64,000 nucleotides of DNA from Carcharhinus longimanus (taxonomy: Eukaryota): the NCBI GenBank assembly GCA_030264375.1, contig JASCQW010000190.1, positions 57,068,897-57,132,896 on the forward strand. Reading direction: 5' to 3'. Of the stretch, positions 37,922 to 50,418 are shown piece by piece. The position numbers and the translations under genes were made by a program. Within the stretch, counting starts at the first letter, position 1. Every line of letters begins with the position of its first letter. The notes under the pieces are model-generated. The model made no database searches. It was given only the letters and a program-made list of their open reading frames with translations, and had not been told where the DNA came from.

Positions 37922-38635
37922 TAGTGGTTAGCACTGCTACCTCAATATAAAAAATGCACTTTAGCACAGCACAAATACTTGAATTAAGTAAATAAGCTGA
38001 ATAGGTGTCAAGAAAAAGTCTCCCACCGTCCTCACAGCACGAGGAACTTGGGTTCGATTCCCAGCCTGTGCGAAATCTGCACATTCTCCCCACGTCTGCA
38101 TGGGTTTCTTCCGGATGCTCCGGTTTCCTCCTGCAGTCTGAAAGATGAGGTGGCTGAGTAGTTAAAGTGATGGACTGCTAGTCAAATCCCATCCTCGTCG
38201 GGGATGCATTTTGGGCGGCACAGTAGCACAGCGGTTAGCAGTGCTGCTTCACTGCTCCGGGGACCTGGAGTGGGTCTGCGTGGGTTTCCTCAGAGTGTTT
38301 TGTCCCACAGTCCAAAGATCTGCGGGTTAGGTTGATTGGCCTTAGTAAAAATTGCCCTTAGTGTCCTGAGATGCTTAGGTTAGAGGGATCAGTGGGTAAG
38401 TATGTAGGGATATGGGGGTAAGGCCTTGGTGGGATTGTGGTCGGAGCAGACTCAATGGGCCGAATGGCCTCTTTCCGTACTGTAGGGATTCTGTGTGCTG
38501 GTTAGTTGCATTGGCCTTGCTAAATTTTCCCTCACTGTACCCAAACAGGTGCCAGAGTGTGGCAGCTAGGGGATTTTCACAGTAACTTCATTGCAGGGTT
38601 AATATAAGCCTACTTGTGACACTAATAAACTTTAA
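37922..38635 (+). mobile_element. Nested cluster: V-SINE host carrying an 85-bp insert and a tRNA-Ser/HE1 chimera (38144-38494)
   Basis: Host pieces 37922-37944, 38030-38145 and 38495-38635 rejoin into one collinear V-SINE. Confidence 0.8.
38144..38200 (+). pseudogene. tRNA-Ser(GCT) pseudogene with internal deletion
   Basis: GATGAGGTGGCTGAGTAGTTAAAGTGATGGACTGCTA...AATCCCATCCTCGTCG matches both ends of vertebrate tRNA-Ser-GCT (GACGAGGTGGCCGAGTGGTTAAGGCGATGGACTGCTAATCC...GAATCCCATCCTCGTCG); variable-arm region lost; no CCA. Confidence 0.85.
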
Positions 38636-38976
38636 TATACAAAGGCTCAATTGTTTAATTTAAAAAGCTTTGAAAAATGATAGTTTAATGCATCCGTATT
38701 TTCCTCCCTTATTTATTTTAGTACTCCGTGGTGGAAACCATCAGCTCCAGGATATTTGCCAATCTTAAACCCATTACTTTTGCCATTACCACTATTAAAA
38801 ATTCATATCTAATCTCTTCCTGGCCTTATCTTCAAGTTCTTTTATACTGTGGATATTTTTTCTTAAATCTCTGCCAATGCCAACAAAATAATAATTCCAC
38901 AAGAATGTATTGTTTTAAATCATCCATTATTATCTTGCTTCTGACTATCATTGATGTGTCAATGTTTCTTTCTAAG

Positions 38977-39250
38977 GCAGCACGGTGGCACAGTGGTTCG
39001 CACAACTGTCTCACAGGGGAACAGGTTCGATTCCCGACTTGGGTCACTGTCTCTGTGGAGTTTGCACATTCCCCCCATGTCTGCATGTGTTTCCTCCAGG
39101 TGCTCCGGATTCCTCCCACAGTCTGAGAGACGTGCTTGTTAGGTGCATTGACCCAAACAGGCACTGGACTGTGGCGACTAGGGGAATTTCACAGTAATTT
39201 CATTGCATTGTTAATGTTAGCCTTACTTGTGACTAATAAATAAACTTTAC
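38977..39250 (+). mobile_element. V-SINE (alternative tail)
   Basis: Head ggcagcacggtggcacagtgg, tail cttacttgtgactaataaataaacttt. Confidence 0.85.
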
Positions 39251-39569
39251 TTTAGAAATATCTGTCACTATTGCTGTCACTTAGGAACATTATACTGCGA
39301 GTAATAAAGAACTTTGTAGAAGGCTAGTATTGAGGAGTTCATACACAGATTGACTAATTTTCTTTAATCTGATTTCTGATCCAATGCTGTCATGAATTAT
39401 ACAGTCAGTCTCTAACATTTTTTTTTGACTCTCTGAAAATCTAATGGAGTCAATTTAATAGCTTGCTAGCAATGGATATGCAACCATGCTTGCCAAAAGT
39501 CTTAGTGATGGCAACAGATATGAATTTAATCTGATAGACAGCAAACCCAGCTAGAGACAGAGGAGTTAT

Positions 39570-39585
39570 GTGCCCTCTAGTGGTC
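39570..39585 (-). promoter_or_regulatory. Candidate CTCF site
   Basis: Minus strand GACCACTAGAGGGCAC fits the CCACYAGRGGGC core; motif only. Confidence 0.45.
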
Positions 39586-39751
39586 TGGGTTGGCCTTGCA
39601 CAGCAGCAGTGTTAACATAACAAGATAAAGTCAGTTGTGTATCTGTAAATTGAGCTCTGATACTTTGTGCAAAACATTTCTTCCATGTGAATATCACACA
39701 ACTTTTATTTTAAGTTCTGTCTACCCTCCAAAGACCAATATTAACATACTA

Positions 39752-40850
<1,099 letters not shown>

Positions 40851-41063
40851 TCACACTACAATAAATTATCATTCTTCTAAATGAAAGCTGAACCAAACCA
40901 ACTATCTGCAAAAAGGTAATTAGCCCTCATTCCATCTAACAAACTTATTTTATTGTTTTACATAAATGCTTTATTGTTTCACTTCATGAAACTTCTTCAA
41001 TATCTCAGGAAAGTAGTTGACATTAAAGTATATAAAGAGGCAAAAAAATGGAAACTGTAATAC

Positions 41064-41210
41064 CAGCATGATGAAAGCCCACTCCATGAGGCACAGTGCG
41101 CCCTAAGATTACATCAAGCCCAGCTGGTGAACGCTTTAGTTGATCCACTGTCTCCTGGAGTTCGTTCCTATGCAATGTGAAAGGGAGTAATGTGGATGCT
41201 TTTACAAATC
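41064..41210 (-). CDS. POLQ: POLQ helicase-domain exon (147 nt, phase 1-1)
   Basis: ctgtag|...|gtatta; (G)FVKASTLLPFTLHRNELQETVDQLKRSPAGLDVILGRTVPHGVGFHHA(G). Confidence 0.92.
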
Positions 41211-41334
41211 CTACAGTAAAAGACAAAAAAGTGAAAAGCATAAATCACACAGCTCACACCAAATTATATTTTATGTTCAAATTTGCAGAAGAAATTATGG
41301 ATAATTCAACCTGATAATGACTAGCAATATGTAA

Positions 41335-41960
41335 CACAGGATCATGCAGCAAAGGAGATTATCATTCGGCCCATTATGCCTATGCTAGCTCTTTGAAAGA
41401 ACTATCCAATTAGTCACAGTCTCCTACACTTCCTCCATAGCCCAGCACATTTTCATGTAGATCTAATTCCTTGTAGTAAATTATTATTCAATCTGTTTCC
41501 ACCAGCTTTTCAGATGACGCAATTCAGATCACAACACACTGCATAATAAAAAAAATTCTCAGCTCACATCTGTGGTTTTGTCAAATATCTGAAATTAGTG
41601 TCCTTTGGTTACTGAATCCCCTACCAGTGAAAAACACTGCTCTGTTAAGACAATCTTTATCCTTCTTTGCTTGAAGGAGAACAATCTTAACTTTGCTTGT
41701 CTTCATAAAAATCTGAAGTCCCTCTCTTCCCTGATTCCAGTCTAGTAAACCTCTGCACCATCTTCAAGCCCTTGATTAACCTGCAAAAGGAATTAGACAA
41801 AATACTCCAGCCACAACTGTGATTCCAAATAGTTTGTCACAAGTTCTTTGTTTATGTTCTCTACTCTCTATAAAAGTCCGGATCTTGCCTGTCTTTTGTT
41901 AAAAAGTCCATGAACTTTCCTAACACTTAGGATCATTTGTGTGTATGAACGCCCAGGTCC
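41335..41960 (-). mobile_element. Old CR1 3' end
   Basis: Reverse-complement tail cattcggcccattatgcctatgctagctctttgaaagaactatccaattag. Confidence 0.65.
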
Positions 41961-42089
41961 TTCTGATCCTCAAACAGGCTAAAGTTTATGTTCAGTCTTT
42001 GATTCACAACAAATTTCACTTTCAATGATCACCAATTATGGTGATTAGTGAGCTTAGCAAAGTCAAATCCCTCTTTGTCACTTAGTCTA

Positions 42090-42410
<321 letters not shown>

Positions 42411-42515
42411 CTACAATCAATCACAAACATATTCAAATCAGATATCATATATAAAATATGCAGCTATATGTTTGATTTATAATTATTCCCAAACAGGTGC
42501 ATTATTTTGAGTCCT

Positions 42516-43525
42516 GGCAGTGATATAACGGTAATGTCACTGGAAAAGTAATCCAGAGGCCCAGGCTAATACTTTGGGACATGGGTTCAAATCCCACCAT
42601 GGCAGCCGGTGGAATTTAAATTCAATTAATAACTCTGGAATTTAGTCTAACAGTGATCATGAATCTAACAGTGATTGTTGTAAAAACCTCTCCAGTTTAT
42701 TCGTGCCCTTTAGGGAAGGAAATCTGCCATCCTTGTCTATTCTGGCCTACACAGATCTCCAGACCCACAGCAATGCTGTTCACTCTTAAAATGCCCTCTG
42801 AAACAGCCCAGCAAGCCACTCAATTGGATCAAACTGCTACAAGGAGGAATGAAACAGGGTGAATGACCTGGCATCAACCTAGGTACTGGAAACAATTACA
42901 ACACACCCAGCTCTGTTGATCCTGCAAAATTCTTCTTACCAACATCTAGGGACTTGGACCAAAATTGAGAGTGCTGTCCCACAAAATAGCCTGACATAGT
43001 CACACTAATCATACCTTACAATGAATGTCCCAGACATCTCCATCATCATCCCTGGATTTGTAATGTCCCACCAACAGAACAGAGCCATCAGAGCGGCTGC
43101 AAAGTGGTATCCAGTCAGAAAGGAGTTACCCTGGGAGTCCTCAGCATTGTTTATGGACCTCGTGAGATCTCAGGGCATCAGGTCAAACATGGGCGAGGAA
43201 CTTCCAGGTGGTTGTCACCTACTGCATTACCCATTCCCTGCCTGATGAATCAGGTCACCCCCATTTGACCATCAACTGGATGGCAGGGGTGCAGAAGGTT
43301 CTCTGATGGGGAACTTCAATGTTCATCACCAAGATTGACTTGGTAGTACCACTACTGACCCAGCGGATTGATTCCTGAAAGACACAGCTGCTAGACTGGG
43401 ACTGCGGAAGGTGCTAAAAGAACCAACAAAAGTAAAAAAGTTCCTTGACTTCGTCCTTACCAATATTCCTGTCACAGATACATCTGTTCATGACAGTGTT
43501 GATAGGAGTGACCATTCCACAGTCC
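42516..43525 (+). mobile_element. Family-T LINE 5' end: tRNA-derived head joined to APE endonuclease
   Basis: B box GGTTCAAATCC 42584-42594; SINE-like body to 42822; then decayed APE motifs (PDIV, IPGFVMSHQQNR, GNFNVHH, EPT..LDFVLTN, RSDH). Confidence 0.8.
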
Positions 43526-45340
43526 TGTCAGAATCTGGAAGTTTTCAATCAAGTCACAACTTACTTTTCTAATTTCCAGTGGATACAAACCTAGCCTGTC
43601 CAACCTTTCCTCATAAGGCAACCCACCCATTCCAGGTATTATTCTTGTAAACCTTCTCTGAACTGCTTCCAAGACTTTACATCCTTCCTTAAATAATAAG
43701 ACTAATGCTGTACACAGTACTGCAGATATGGTCTTACCAGTACCCTGTACAGCTGAAGCAAAACCTCCTTACTTTTGGACTCAATTCCCTTTACAATAAA
43801 CCATAACATTCTATTCGCTTACCTAATTACCTGCTGTACCTGCATACTAACCCTTTACGATTCAGGCACTAGGACATCCAGATCCCTCTGAACTTCAGAG
43901 CTCTGCAATCTCTCACCATTTAGATAATGCGCTTCTTTTTTTTATTCTTCCTGTCAAAATTTACAATTTCAGATTTTTCCACATTATATTCCATTGCCAG
44001 TTCTTTGCCCACTCACTTAACTTATCTATATCTCTTTGTAGCCTTCTTATGTTAGCACAGAATTCCAGTAGCACTTTGGGGATTTTAGAAGTTAAAATAT
44101 TTATGAACAAGATAAGAAAACACAAGTGCACAACTTTACAGTTACACTTAAAATGGTTTTACAAAACATCCCTCCAAAAAAATACTTACTTGGTCTGACC
44201 CACAAGTAAATACCTTCCAGGCAACACTCCGTTATAGATGTTTAACTATAAAATCCAGTAATTATGCATGGCAAAGTTGCTGTCACTGTTGTAAAGTTGT
44301 ACCACACAAACTCTCAATCTGCCTTCCACTTTGCTGTGGAAATCGAAGAAACTTCAGAAACAAGGATACTTTTTGAAAGTCAAGATTTTTCTGTTATTTT
44401 GGATGGGTAACTCAGACTTGGCATCTTCCATTAACACAAGGCTGGTTCCACAATGTCTTCCCCAAACACAAACAACCCCAATTTTCCTTTTCATTTGTGA
44501 TTCCATTGTCTCAGTACTTATTTAAACACAGCTTTTCCAAAATGTAAAATCCTTTCATATTTTCCTACGGCCCCAACTTTCAGTTCAAATAAAATTTAAC
44601 AACTTTCCCTTGTTCACTTGTGAAACCTTTGCAAGTTATAAAAGTTTGTTACTACCTTTCGAAATTTAACAGGTAAAAACCTAATTTCCCATCTATCTCC
44701 TGAAGCAAATTTCTAAACTCTACTTACTCAAACATAATTTACCATTCATTCATTACAAAGACATACCTTTAGCATATCTACTTCATTGTATCTCACAACT
44801 CTCGAGATAAGCTGTCTCCATTAACCTTGCTCCAGGTTATTTAAGTAATTTACATACGGACACACAGCCTTCGTTACAAAATAACATAATATTTTCCTAA
44901 ACATATTAAAAATTGACATCTAACCTCACACAAAACAACAATACCTTAGGTCCATTCATTTGAGTAATTTATATGAATTGCAAAGAGTTGAGGGCCCAGC
45001 ATTGATCCTTGTGACACACCACTCATTACATCATGTCAACCAGAATGAGACCCATTTATGCCAATTGTTTCCTGTGAGCTCACCAATTCTCTATCCATGC
45101 CAATTTGTCACCCCCTATACAATAAGCTTTTATTTTCCACAGTAACCTTTGATGTGGCTCCTTACCAAATACTTTCTGGAAATCTAAGTACATCCACTGA
45201 TTCCCATTTATCCACAACACAGGTGAGTCCTTCAAAAAAAACTCCAGTAAATTGATGAAACATGATTACCTTTTCACAAAACCATGTTGACTCTGCCTGA
45301 TAGTTTTGAATTTTTCTAAATGCCCTCCTGTATCATCTTT
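43525..45340 (-). mobile_element. CR1 ORF2 fragment split by an insertion at about 44051-44940
   Basis: MEAVQRRFTRIIPGMGGLPYEERLDRLGLY; the RT region resumes at about 44941. Confidence 0.85.
44051..44940. mobile_element. About 0.9-kb non-coding insertion, possibly a solo LTR
   Basis: Interrupts the CR1; begins TGTTA and ends AACA; no clean TSD seen. Confidence 0.4.
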
Positions 45341-45403
45341 AGTTTAAAGTGTATTTATTACTATCACAAGTAAACTTACATTAATACTGCAATGAAGTTA
45401 CAG

Positions 45404-45775
45404 GGTGGCATGGTGGTTAACACTGCTGCCTCACAGCACCAGTGACCTGGGTTCAATTCCCGGCTTGGGTCACTGTCTGTGTGGACTCTGCATGTTCTCC
45501 CCGTGTCTGCGTGGGTTTCCTCCGGGTGNNNNNNNNNNNNNNNNNNNNNNNNNNNNNNNNNNNNNNNNNNNNNNNNNNNNNNNNNNNNNNNNNNNNNNNN
45601 NNNNNNNNNNNNNNNNNNNNNNNNNNNNAGTGTCCTGAGATGCATAGGTTAGAGGGATTAGTGGTTAAAATATGTAGGGATATGAGGGTAGGGCCTGGGT
45701 GGGATTTTGGTCAGTGTGGACTCGATGGGCCAAATGGCCTCTTTCTGCACTGTAAGGTTTCTATGACTTTTATGA
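45404..45775 (+). mobile_element. HE1 SINE spanning a gap (abuts a V-SINE tail on - at 45340-45402)
   Basis: Head before and tail after the gap at 45529-45628. Confidence 0.85.
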
Positions 45776-47214
45776 CTTGAGAGCAGGCTGGTTGGGCAGT
45801 AATTGGCTGAATCCTGCATTTTGTGGATAGGGGCGTATTCTATTTTTACAGGAGTTGCTGGCATTGTAACTGTACTAGCTTGGTGAGAGGTGCAGCTGGT
45901 TCTGGAGAGCAAGCCTGTAGCACCACATCTAGGACATGGTAGAGGCTGTTGCCTTTCCCATATCCAGTGCATCTCACTGTTCCATCATGCAGTGTAATTC
46001 ATGTGGCAGGGCTGCAGAGTTTTGATGTGTTTGGTCAATTGTGGGAATTGTGGAGCATTCTTGTTCTCTTTTCTGACCCTTAGTTTCTGTGGAGCTTGCT
46101 ACTGTGTGAAGCTTTATAGCTTTTGCAGAGCTTGAGCCAATCTGGGGGGAAATAAGCAGAATTTGCCATTCGTTGACTTTTGGGTAAAGGGCCCAGAGCT
46201 GGAGGTCAGGGTACCATCAAGAATAGCAGCCATACAGGCACATCAAACAGTTATAATAAAGTGACACAGAGCTTTGGGACTGAAAACCTGTAGGAAAAAA
46301 TGGAAAACAGCGCGCAAAGGATTCCTGCAACTGTGAGGATTTGGGAGAGGATATTGGTGGAAGAAGGATCTGCTGTTACAGAAACTGAGAGAAATTAAAA
46401 TTCCTCACAACTTTGTGAGGAAGGTATGAGGGATGAAGTCTCTGTCACTGAAGTCTGCTTAGCCCTAAAGAATTGTGCATTTGCTGTCCCAGCCAAAATT
46501 GTCGTAAACTGCTGAGAAAAAATAGTATCAGTCCATAGAGAGGAGCAGTTTGGCCCATGTATCGTTTTCAGGGTTTCTGTCTGTGAAAGGCAAAACTGAT
46601 ATAGGAACCTGCCTTCCAACAGTGGAATGGTCGAAGCTGTGCCAGTGATGGGAGATTAATGAACCAGAATGTGCATCAACATATCAAACAAATGAATGAT
46701 TTATAGCACTCAGCCCAGCTCAATATTTAATGTTAGATAAATGCATTTCTTTGTCTGAATTGAATATTTATGTGTCTACAGGTAAATGGCATTTTCAGAA
46801 TCTGGTGAGTAGATATTTATAGAGCAAATCACGCCTTATGAAAAGGAGAGCAACTGGACTTTACAAACATGCCAGCTGCATGAAGTAGAGCTCCATGGTA
46901 ATACACTGGGAGCTGGGAACTCCGCATGCTCTGCATGCTAATTACTTTTGAGCATTGTTGTATGCTCCCAACAGCACCCATTTCTACTTGATGGCTAAAA
47001 ACCTCTTTCATTAAAATTTCGATGAATTGTTCATCAAAATTAGTCATATTTTAAAGGAGAACTGTATTCTAGTGAGTTATTTCTTAGCGTTAGAATTTAA
47101 AAGGGGAAGTGATGTATACAGTTCTTGCTCCTTGTCAAGCAACCCTGCAGGCGTTGTATGTTTCTGGTAAAGACTTGGAGCTGCCATTTTGAGTCGAACC
47201 CTCTCTTGAGGGAC

Positions 47215-48060
47215 TGTTCTAATCCAGGTCAGAAACTCCAAGATATTTTATGAAGTCAGCTTGGACCATAGATTTTGCAGTTTGAATTTGGCTAGGGTAA
47301 ATGTACGACGTTTCACTGCAGGTATGATTCAAATGACCCACTACGGAACTTTTATCAAACAAAGTTTATTTAAGAAAACAGTTAACACATACAATTTGCA
47401 ATAGCTTTTACCAATTACAGACAAGAAAAAAGCTATGATATTTATAAACCTTAACTAAATGCACTGTTCCAATACAACAATCCGCGAATAAACATACAAC
47501 TGTCCCAGATTTAATGCACACAAGAATGCTCATGTGATGCTGGGTTTATGAAGCTCAATACCTGCTGTGAATTAGTCCTTTGGATAGAGAATTGAAACTC
47601 TGATTTCCCAACCCTGTATCTTCTAGCAGACATCGAGGTAGAGAGAGAGCCACTGCTGGCCTCTAGTTTTTCCCAGCAAACCACTTCAAAAGACAGACAG
47701 TTACTGGCTAACCAGCCACCAAAAGTTAAATTTCCAATACCTGGGAGAGTCATAGAAACACTGTTGTCAGTCTGGATTCCACACGGCTTCTAACTAAAAA
47801 GCAGCCAGCAACCAAAACTGAAAGTGAAGAACTCTTGGGAGAGGGGAAGAAAACTCTCCCACCTGACCTGTCATTCAATCTTCCCACAACACTTCAAAAG
47901 GTTGTGAACTTCCAGAAAGGGCATTAAACCCAGATTAAAAATAAACAATACCCTATTTAAGGAGCAATAAACAGACGTCTGAGCAGACAGCTAAATACCT
48001 GCTTATAATTGCAGAGAACATTTTTAAAAATACATTTCTTAAAGGCACAGTGCCATCACA
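47215..48060. mobile_element. Solo LTR (846 bp)
   Basis: TGT...ACA termini; flanks agggac (47209-47214) and agggat (48061-48066); AATAAA on the - strand near 47365. Confidence 0.65.
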
Positions 48061-49199
48061 AGGGATAGTGTAACAGTATAAAAGCTGCATATGTACAACA
48101 CCGTTCACGACCTCAGGAAATTCCAGTTGCACCCATGCCGTTGAATTGTAGTTACTGTTACAACGCATGACAAGTGGCAGTCAAGTTTACACAAAGCAAA
48201 CAGCACTAAAATGAATGCCATATTGATTGTGATGGTTCAGGGATAAAATTAGCCAAGATTCTGGCGAGAATTCCCCTACTCGCAAATGATGCTTTGGAAC
48301 CTTTCACAACATTCTGAGAAAGCTGTCGAGTCCTTTCTTGTCCAGAAGATGCCACCTCTGACCGTGCTACTCCACTGAAGTAACATTCATTAAAAGGATA
48401 TCATGGACAAAAACACTCATTTGTACAGTAGTTCGATGGGACATGTCTGCTCTCAGGCTGCCTCTAAAGACAGTAACTCTGCATGTTGGAAGGTCATCAC
48501 TGCGTGTGTGGATCTTTACCTCTGTGTGTTAAGAAATTATAGGGCAGTCCAAAATTCAAGAATATATTTGCGCCAAATTTAAAGACCAGTGTGCAAATAT
48601 CAGGCAGTTTAAAAAATAAATGGGTCTTAATGACATTAATGTTTCTCAGCACACCAAGCCATAGGTTTATATTTACACCAAACCTTTTATTGCTTTCCAG
48701 ATGTTAGCCTTCAGCGTATCAGAGGTAATGTTTCCAGTNNNNNNNNNNNNNNNNNNNNNNNNNNNNNNNNNNNNNNNNNNNNNNNNNNNNNNNNNNNNNN
48801 NNNNNNNNNNNNNNNNNNNNNNNNNNNNNNNNNNNNNNTTGCCTGGACACTGAATACAGCTAAGAGCCAAGCTAACTTTGGTGCTGAATGCAAGCCAAGT
48901 ACAACTAAGAGCTAAGCCAGCACTAAGTGCTTTTTGCCACATCTGCCAAGTGTTCTTTCCTCAGGCACAAACCTTGAAAATGATTATGGACAGGACGGTG
49001 GGGGGCATTACAATTTGGTCCGACTGCATCCATGTTCATTTCTGTCACAGTTATTGTATCGCTTTCATTGCACAAGATTGTTGCTTCCTTACCACACAAA
49101 TTGATACATTACGTTGTTAATGCAGTTGCTGTTGTGCACAGATGCAACATATACCTGTGGTAAGGTCCACAGAGTGAGACAAATGGCAGGTTAATCTGT

Positions 49200-49715
49200 G
49201 TGGTGGCTGACTGCGTTTGACAATGTCAAAAGCATCTTGTTGAAGATGGTTATTGCCAACACTTGAGTGATGCAGATGTTTACTTGTCACTTAGCCCTCA
49301 CCTAAGTATTGTCCTGGTCTTCTGCTTATGGGCATGCTCTAGTATCTGAGAAGCAGTGAATGATGCTGAGCGTTGTGCAGTCGCCTGTGATCGTCCCTAT
49401 TTCTGATCTTGAAAGGAAGATCATTGATGAAGCAACTAAAGATACTGAGCCCAGGATGTTATCCTGAGGAGCTCCTGCTGCGATGTCCTGGAATTGAAAT
49501 GTTTGCTCTCCGACAACCACAGTCATCTTTGTTTGTGCGAGCTATGAGTCTAATCAGTGGAGAATTTTCTTCCTGATCCCATTGACTTCAGTTTTGCCAG
49601 GGTTCCCTGATGTCAGAGTCAGTCACGTTCACCTTAGCTCTTGGGTGCAACTCTTTTGTCCATATCTGAACCAAGGTTGTAATGAGTTCTGGAGCTGAGT
49701 GGCCCTGGCAGGAGA
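49200..49715 (-). mobile_element. Family-T LINE RT fragment
   Basis: ORF 49326 (MTVVVGEQTFQFQDIAAGAPQDNILG); collinear with 60850-61360; another fragment at about 45780-45990. Confidence 0.75.
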
Positions 49716-50104
49716 CCCTCCCCCCGCACAGCCCAAAGGGGAAAGGCACTACTCTTTACAGCTCAAAGCTGTACAGACTCGAAGTCCCAAACTCAGTTCC
49801 TGCTGTGAGCAGCTCTAATTGATTCTGGGTATGAAGGCAGAAAGGAATCTCCAGTGATCAGCGTAGCAGAAACATTTCTGTCCCTGATCAGTGTCCACGA
49901 TTCCCCCACTGCATGAGTATTGCCATTGGATGACAACAAGAGTGGGCCTTGCGCAGTTGAATTGCCTGCTGAGTTAGGATGACTGCCAGGCTAAATTGTT
50001 GTGCTACTAACTTCTGTGGAGCTGAAAACTGAGGGAAGAGTTGATTATCAGAGCAGTCAGATTACAAGAATATAATGGACAGGATAGTGGGTTTTTTTTC
50101 TTTA

Positions 50105-50418
50105 TTTTTGTAATGAAAGTGGGAATTGTCCATCCATAATTGCCCTTGAGGGTAGTTGGGAGTCTGGAGTCACATGTAGACCAGATCTGGTCAGGATGGA
50201 AGATTCCCTTCTCTAAAGGACTTGTGTGAACCAGATGGGTTTTTACAACAATCAATAGTTTTATGCTTACCATTCCTAAGACTAACTTTATATTCCCGAT
50301 TCATTGATCAAATTTAAATTCCAACAGCTGCCGTGGGCGGATTTGAACCCAAACACCCAAAGTGTTAGTCTGGACCTCTGGATTACTAGTCCTGTGACAT
50401 TCCTGCTATGCCACTGTT
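50105..50418 (-). mobile_element. tRNA-headed SINE (family T)
   Basis: Reverse-complement head (ggatttgaaccc B box) and tail. Confidence 0.8.

Noticed and set aside
38144-38200. Functional tRNA-Ser gene
   Set aside because: The anticodon 3' stem, variable arm and part of the B box are deleted, so it cannot fold as a tRNA
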